Below are positions 15,460-20,000 of a stretch of 20,000 nucleotides of DNA, one piece after another. The stretch comes from an uncultured virus (IMG/VR IMGVR_UViG_3300037067_008746) (taxonomy: Duplodnaviria; Heunggongvirae; Uroviricota; Caudoviricetes): the IMG/VR virus record IMGVR_UViG_3300037067_008746. One strand, 5' to 3'. A program made the translations under genes and the position numbers. The first letter of the stretch is position 1, and each line of letters begins with the position of its first letter. The notes below the pieces were generated by a model. The model saw only the letters and a list, made by a program, of their open reading frames with translations. It had not been told where the DNA came from and made no database searches.

Positions 15460-18438
15460 ATGAGCAATGATAACGAAGACGTTAAAGTATTTAAAAATAA
15501 CGGTAAAATCTCAATTCCACATCAACTGTCGGAATTCGAGGGAGCAAGATTCATAATAATAGACAAATCCGTTGGAAAAGGAAAGAAACCAAAAGAGAGA
15601 AAATGGACAACGGAAAAGAACTATTCTGCAACCGAAGCAAAATTACTAGGACATATACGCGGGGGAGGCAACTACGGTGTAGCGACAGGGATATCATGGC
15701 TACACTGTCTCGACATAGACGAAGTTGAGCGAGTAAAAGAACTGGGTATACTGGAAAAGCTACCAAAAACGCTCACAGTATTGACCGGTGGAGAAGGACT
15801 GCATTATTGGTATGAAATAGAAGGGCTACAGAAGAGAATAATATTCTACGATACGGTTTTAAAAGATCCAGACAATGAAGATGAATATTTACACCTAGGA
15901 GAAGTGCAATCTCGTGGAAATTATGCAATTGGACCAAACTGTGTACACGCGAGCGGAAAAAGATATAAAATAATAGACAATTCGCCGATAGCAAAGTTGT
16001 CATATCAAACATTGATGGAAATTCTATCACCACTAAGGACAAAGAAAAAGGACGATAGGCCATCAGCACCAATGAGATTGGGCGAAGGTAAGCACGCGCA
16101 CTGTGAAGTAGAACTGAGCAAAATTGCATGGCCGAGGGGAACAGTAAACGAACTAAAAGGATCAAACGGACGCGAATACAGAGGAGAAAACCCATTTCAC
16201 GGATCAAAACATGGACAAAACTTCTCGGTGAATCCAGGAAAAGGAGTATGGCATTGCTTCAGACACGGATCTGGCGGAGGATGGGTAGAGCTTCTGGCAG
16301 TAAAAGAAGGAATAATTTCATGTGACCAGGCAGGGCATGGTTGTCTGTCGAAAGCACAATACAGGGAAGTGATGCAACGAGCAGAAGACCTGGGACTACT
16401 GGACGAAAAAGCAATAGACGCACCAATAAAAGAAATCGAGCTGGATAGAGAAGTAGTAAAAACAATACCGAGGCAAATCCCAAACGGTGACATGGTGGTG
16501 CTAATCGCCCCACCAAGAACAGGAAAAACACACGCTGTAGTACAATGGTTGCGAGACAACGGAACAGGCAACTACATAACACACACGCACGCGATAGTGG
16601 AGCACGCAATTAAAATCGCAAGAGAACTGGAAATGACTGGTGTGGTATGGGTGGTAGGAATGAGCCAACCAGGCGCTTGCCGCCAAACAGAAACAGGAAA
16701 CTGTTCAACATGCCCACTGAAACACACAAACGAAAATCACATGCAATACGAGCGAAAATCAGCATCACTTTTACACGAACAAAAACTGTTGACGGTAAAA
16801 AACATACCGCTCGATTTGTGTCCATACTATGCACTGAAGGCGGCAGAAAAACATGCGCGATACTGTTTCACGGTGGTAAATAATATCAACAACATAATTC
16901 CGAGAAAATTAACGGTGTTAGATGAAGAACCGGTGCTGTCTCATTTTTACGCGACATCGATTGAAGTGGGAACCATCAAAACGAGGGCAGGAGAAACCGC
17001 CACGAAGAACTACATCACAAAAAGCACACCACTTCAGATAGAGCTAGACAATATATTGAATCAAAAGAAAAAACCAGCAATGAAAGAGTACGCGAAGAAG
17101 ATTCAAGAAATTTCAAAAATCTTCGATGCGGGCGTAGACGAGGGCTGGAAGGTGGGCCAGATCGCAGATGAAATCGAAGACGTGCTGATCGGGTTCGCGC
17201 CAAAGCACCGAGAAATGGCGACTGAGGGAGAGCAAGAGGACGGAGATAACCTGACAATGGACGCCTGTGTGCGATGCCTGGGCAATATCTACCGAGAAGA
17301 GGGCAAATCTCCGGTGAACATAGTGAACAAGCCGGGTGGCTACCAATCAATTTACATCCTAGGAGACGAGAGAAAAACCAGCTACGGGATGGACTGGCTA
17401 AATAAAACGGACAGGGTAATAATAATCGGAGCGACAAAAGCTGAGATTTTCGCCAACGAGTTCGGAGGGCGGGAAATCGTTATCGAGCAGTTCAGATATG
17501 ACGAAAGGTTCATGTTGATAGGCGTTCACAAGGATAAAATAACTGACGACAGAGGATCAAAGACCGCCGATAAAAAGAAGGTGCTGGATATCGGAAAGGC
17601 CATTTGGAGAAACTCAGAAACTGTGGAACGTACACCAATCGTGATATTAACAGGGTCCAAGAAGGAGCAAGAAAAGGTCGCCTCATTGCTAAATGGAGCT
17701 ACGATGGCGAGGAAGGAAAGAGAGGGAGGAATGGAGGCCGAGTTCGTTTCTGGCAAACCTGTGATCATTTTTCAGAATTCTGTCATCTCTAGGGGCCTTG
17801 ACGTCGATCAATACAATGTGCTGCTTGTATACGGTTGCGATTTTGCCCAACCTTTCTGGTCGATAGCAGACGCCGGTATAGCAGCGGCCATAATATCGGA
17901 TGAAACAACAAATTCAGTCCTAAGAATATCGTCAACTTTGAGAACCGACAACAAGAGCTTGAAGATAGTCGTAATGTCCAAAGAAGATTTAGGACGAGTG
18001 AAATACCTCACTGACAAGAGAGTAATGACTACCGATGCAAATGATATTGCGAAAGTTATAAGAAAGATGGGGGTGGGTGGTAGCGTTATTCGAGATGGGA
18101 GGGCTGGAACTAGAGTAATAAAAACAGGAGTTAATTATATCGAGGGAAAGGAGAAATTCATCGAGCTGATATCGAATAGTAATGATATTATAGATGACGA
18201 GATGGTAGAGTCGATGAAGGCTAAAATTCTTTCGTTCTTCAAAGAACAAAAAAGAGCACACGTTAAGATTATTACTATAAAAAAAATTAACGCCGCAATC
18301 GGCAACGGTAAGTATAACGGGATAATTAAGGAGGCAATCAACAGGCTATACTATATGGGAATATTGATAAAAAATGGCAATTCTAAAGAATCTAAATGGG
18401 AATTAAACACGAAATCCGACAATAATAGGCAGAATTAA
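15460..18438 (+). CDS. Replication protein: Prim-Pol + degenerate Zn-ribbon + SF2-like helicase with putative Fe-S cluster + C-terminal wHTH
   Basis: 992 aa; GNYGVATG, LDID, TGGEGLHYWY, YAIGPNCVHASGKRY (Prim-Pol); NPFH...NFSVN...WHCFRH (CHC2-like); APPRTGKT (Walker A), four Cys ending in CPYY, VLDEE (Walker B), SRGLD (motif V). Confidence 0.85.
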   Translation: MSNDNEDVKVFKNNGKISIPHQLSEFEGARFIIIDKSVGKGKKPKERKWTTEKNYSATEAKLLGHIRGGGNYGVATGISWLHCLDIDEVERVKELGILEKLPKTLTVLTGGEGLHYWYEIEGLQKRIIFYDTVLKDPDNEDEYLHLGEVQSRGNYAIGPNCVHASGKRYKIIDNSPIAKLSYQTLMEILSPLRTKKKDDRPSAPMRLGEGKHAHCEVELSKIAWPRGTVNELKGSNGREYRGENPFHGSKHGQNFSVNPGKGVWHCFRHGSGGGWVELLAVKEGIISCDQAGHGCLSKAQYREVMQRAEDLGLLDEKAIDAPIKEIELDREVVKTIPRQIPNGDMVVLIAPPRTGKTHAVVQWLRDNGTGNYITHTHAIVEHAIKIARELEMTGVVWVVGMSQPGACRQTETGNCSTCPLKHTNENHMQYERKSASLLHEQKLLTVKNIPLDLCPYYALKAAEKHARYCFTVVNNINNIIPRKLTVLDEEPVLSHFYATSIEVGTIKTRAGETATKNYITKSTPLQIELDNILNQKKKPAMKEYAKKIQEISKIFDAGVDEGWKVGQIADEIEDVLIGFAPKHREMATEGEQEDGDNLTMDACVRCLGNIYREEGKSPVNIVNKPGGYQSIYILGDERKTSYGMDWLNKTDRVIIIGATKAEIFANEFGGREIVIEQFRYDERFMLIGVHKDKITDDRGSKTADKKKVLDIGKAIWRNSETVERTPIVILTGSKKEQEKVASLLNGATMARKEREGGMEAEFVSGKPVIIFQNSVISRGLDVDQYNVLLVYGCDFAQPFWSIADAGIAAAIISDETTNSVLRISSTLRTDNKSLKIVVMSKEDLGRVKYLTDKRVMTTDANDIAKVIRKMGVGGSVIRDGRAGTRVIKTGVNYIEGKEKFIELISNSNDIIDDEMVESMKAKILSFFKEQKRAHVKIITIKKINAAIGNGKYNGIIKEAINRLYYMGILIKNGNSKESKWELNTKSDNNRQN

Positions 18439-18516
18439 CGAAATCGGCGGGTAGTGTACAATCGGGTTTGGGCTGGAAATGGCGAATCATTTTTATCTCC
18501 AAAAAAATGCGAAATG

Positions 18517-18687
18517 GTGAAGGCTCCTGATAGCGACAATCTAGCCATGTCACGATTTTGCATTTTCGGATTAAAATACAATTGTTGGGCAGTCGAATCC
18601 AAAAAAGGTTACACTGAATTTTATCTCTTATATAGGTAATGCGAAGACGTGAAGGCTCCTGATAGCGATCATCTAGCCAAGTCACGA
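18517..18687 (+). repeat. Two 39-bp direct repeats, period 132 bp; candidate replication origin
   Basis: GTGAAGGCTCCTGATAGCGACAATCTAGCCATGTCACGA (18517-18555) and GTGAAGGCTCCTGATAGCGATCATCTAGCCAAGTCACGA (18649-18687), 36/39 identical; both preceded by TTTTATCTC and AATGCGAA. Confidence 0.85.
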
Positions 18688-18780
18688 AATGCCTCTTGCT
18701 ATCGAATTTTAGCCCTCACTTGCGCATGCTATCGATTGCTCAATTTTTGTGGAAGAGAATCGTCGATCATCGTAGTTACG

Positions 18781-18818
18781 TTTTTATACGCAGCGGGAGA
18801 CTTCGAAAGCAGAAGGTG
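18781..18818 (+). promoter_or_regulatory. TATA box and RBS of the membrane-protein gene
   Basis: TTTTTATA at 18781-18788; AGGTGA ending near 18819, just before ATG 18822 (alternative ATG 18828). Confidence 0.6.
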
Positions 18819-18821
18819 AAA

Positions 18822-19115
18822 ATGTACATGGACGAAATTGAGAAAAATGAAGTCACGCCTGCAATTGCTCCGGCGGAGAACATGAACAGGCCGCTGTGGC
18901 AGAGCCAGCGAGCGTTGCTGTTGACGATAGCGATGTTCCTGTTCACGTTTGTGTTGATGGTGAGCGCGATCTGGAAACCAGTAGACCAGATAGGAATACT
19001 CGCGTTTGGCGGTATAATCGGTGTCGGTTTTGCATACTTCTTTGGTGGGAAAAGTGCAATCGACAAGGCAACATCAGAAGCAAAAACAGGGGAGATACTT
19101 TCAAAATACAAATAA
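18822..19115 (+). CDS. Small two-TM membrane protein, holin-like
   Basis: 97 aa from ATG 18822; hydrophobic ALLLTIAMFLFTFVLMVSAIW and IGILAFGGIIGVGFAYFFG, charged C-tail. Start reassigned from 18696 using the RBS and TATA. Confidence 0.65.
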   Translation: MYMDEIEKNEVTPAIAPAENMNRPLWQSQRALLLTIAMFLFTFVLMVSAIWKPVDQIGILAFGGIIGVGFAYFFGGKSAIDKATSEAKTGEILSKYK

Positions 19116-19207
19116 AAATTCGAATTCGTTGTTTTTTCATAATTTTTTATTGGTTTTTTCATTTTTTAATTATTTTTTGTTTTTTCGTGAGATTTTTGGT
19201 GATTTTT
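19116..19207 (+). terminator. Extended oligo-T tract
   Basis: Many T5-T7 runs directly after the stop at 19115; oligo-T runs terminate archaeal transcription. Confidence 0.6.
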
Positions 19208-19302
19208 CGGGTTGCTATAATAGGGGAGGGGGGAGAGAGAAAGAGAGGAAGAAGAGAAGAAGAAAAGGATAGGTTAGATGGGAGTGAAGGCGAGAAAAGA
19301 AA

Positions 19303-19553
19303 GGATGATTAGGAGAGGGTGAGTGGAAGGAGACGCGAGAAGACAAGGTAAAAGTGAAATTGAATGGTGTTGAATGACGATGAGATACATGAGAGAGATA
19401 GTGAGTGTTGAGACGTGGAAAGTGGTTGTGGCGGTAGCAGCTATGTTGTTATATGGCTACATGTGTGCGATTGCAATAAAAGGACTTGTTAATTGACGGA
19501 TGATTAGCAGATGGTGAGTGGAAGGAATAGCGTGAAGACAAGGTAAAAGTGAA
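19303..19553 (+). repeat. Two 56-bp purine-rich direct repeats, period 195 bp
   Basis: 19303-19358 and 19498-19553 (GGATGATTAG.AGA.GGTGAGTGGAAGGA...GCG.GAAGACAAGGTAAAAGTGAA), 50/56 identical, each followed by a micro-ORF. Confidence 0.85.
19374..19496 (+). CDS. 40-aa single-TM micro-protein (not in ORF track)
   Basis: MTMRYMREIVSVETWKVVVAVAAMLLYGYMCAIAIKGLVN*; lies between the two 56-bp repeats; exact start uncertain (ATGs at 19374, 19380, 19389). Confidence 0.5.
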   Translation: MTMRYMREIVSVETWKVVVAVAAMLLYGYMCAIAIKGLVN

Positions 19554-19575
19554 GATTAATAGGAGTTGAATTGAG

Positions 19576-19674
19576 ATGACATCGAATGGTTGGACATTTG
19601 AGCAGTGGTTTGAGTTTTTGTTCGCAGCAGCAATGGTATTGCCTTTTGTGATCACAAAGATAGTACTGGGGTGA
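19576..19674 (+). CDS. 32-aa hydrophobic micro-protein (not in ORF track)
   Basis: MTSNGWTFEQWFEFLFAAAMVLPFVITKIVLG*; leader AGGAGTTGAATTGAG-ATG. Confidence 0.55.
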   Translation: MTSNGWTFEQWFEFLFAAAMVLPFVITKIVLG

Positions 19675-19680
19675 TTTGAG

Positions 19681-19758
19681 ATGACAGACATTGAATTCCT
19701 GGGGATAGCAGCAATTGTAATGGGTCTTATGTTGTTGGCACTGGAAGTATTGAGGTAG
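19681..19758 (+). CDS. 25-aa single-TM micro-protein (not in ORF track)
   Basis: MTDIEFLGIAAIVMGLMLLALEVLR*; leader GGGTGATTTGAG-ATG whose RBS overlaps the previous stop. Confidence 0.55.
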   Translation: MTDIEFLGIAAIVMGLMLLALEVLR

Positions 19759-19795
19759 TGTAGCCAAGAAGTTGGGTTTTTCAGGGTGATTTGAG

Positions 19796-19945
19796 ATGGT
19801 GACGATCAAGCGGATATTGGATGCAGCATTGGTGTTGAGCATGATTACTGGTATGTTTTGTCTCGCAATAGGGGTGTTGTTTTGGGTGATTGTTTTTATC
19901 AGCACGTTTTGCAAGTGGGACATTGTGCAATTGTTTGTGATTTGA
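19796..19945 (+). CDS. 49-aa hydrophobic micro-protein (not in ORF track)
   Basis: MVTIKRILDAALVLSMITGMFCLAIGVLFWVIVFISTFCKWDIVQLFVI*; identical leader GGGTGATTTGAG-ATG. Confidence 0.55.
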   Translation: MVTIKRILDAALVLSMITGMFCLAIGVLFWVIVFISTFCKWDIVQLFVI

Positions 19946-20000
19946 ACGTGGTATCATCCAGAAGCCCGTTTTTAGCCCCGTAGGGCCACTTTGGCTCCGT

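Larger units (their letters stand above)
1..20000. mobile_element. Segment of a putative archaeal virus or virus-like element
   Basis: Dense operons of unrecognisable proteins, Prim-Pol/helicase plus nuclease module, PEGA proteins, holin-like gene, archaeal expression signals, no housekeeping genes. Confidence 0.75.

Noticed and set aside
18392..18685. Minus-strand 97-aa ORF with duplicated TWLDxRYQEPS
   Set aside because: The peptide repeat follows from the 132-bp period being a multiple of 3; non-ATG start, no RBS seen, overlaps the replicase end. Not fully excluded.
18517..18687. CRISPR mini-array
   Set aside because: Only two repeats, the 93-bp gap is far longer than a spacer, similarity extends into the flanks, and no cas genes are present.
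18696..18821. N-terminal extension of the membrane protein
   Set aside because: TATA and AGGTGA lie inside this stretch and point to ATG 18822/18828.
18896..19312. Plus-strand ORFs 18896..19312 and 19021..19272
   Set aside because: Overlap the membrane gene out of frame and run through low-complexity T and GA tracts.
19449..19923. Minus-strand ORFs of 139 and 80 aa
   Set aside because: Low-complexity N/T/I/H composition and no RBS; the + strand micro-ORFs have repeated RBS leaders.

Overview
The window looks like part of an archaeal virus or virus-like mobile element. GGTGA ribosome-binding sites, TTTATA boxes about 25-30 nt upstream of starts, an HTH_45-type regulator, PEGA domains and a Prim-Pol replicase point to an archaeal, possibly methanogen-type, host (inference). 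No capsid, terminase or integrase is recognisable here. Order of contents: (i) 1-1592, small + strand genes including a Cys-rich protein with a compacted ferredoxin:thioredoxin-reductase-like CPC/CPC/CxC motif, a winged-helix protein and a separately promoted basic 69-aa PsiF-like protein; (ii) 1634-2854, a minus-strand thermonuclease fused to two PEGA-like domains; (iii) 2894-14016, a tightly coupled operon of large, probably structural proteins (1820, 1045, 547, 249 aa), the largest ending in a Cys-His-Glu papain/transglutaminase-like domain; (iv) 14039-14240, a divergent promoter with a palindromic operator and a 37-aa Cys/His micro-ORF missed by the ORF track; (v) 14241-18438, a replication module (wHTH-Zn finger regulator, PD-(D/E)XK nuclease, Prim-Pol fused to an Fe-S SF2-like helicase); (vi) 18500-18735, repeats that may be the origin; (vii) a holin-like membrane protein and four 25-49 aa hydrophobic micro-ORFs linked by repeated leaders. 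All family calls are by eye from motifs, not database searches.
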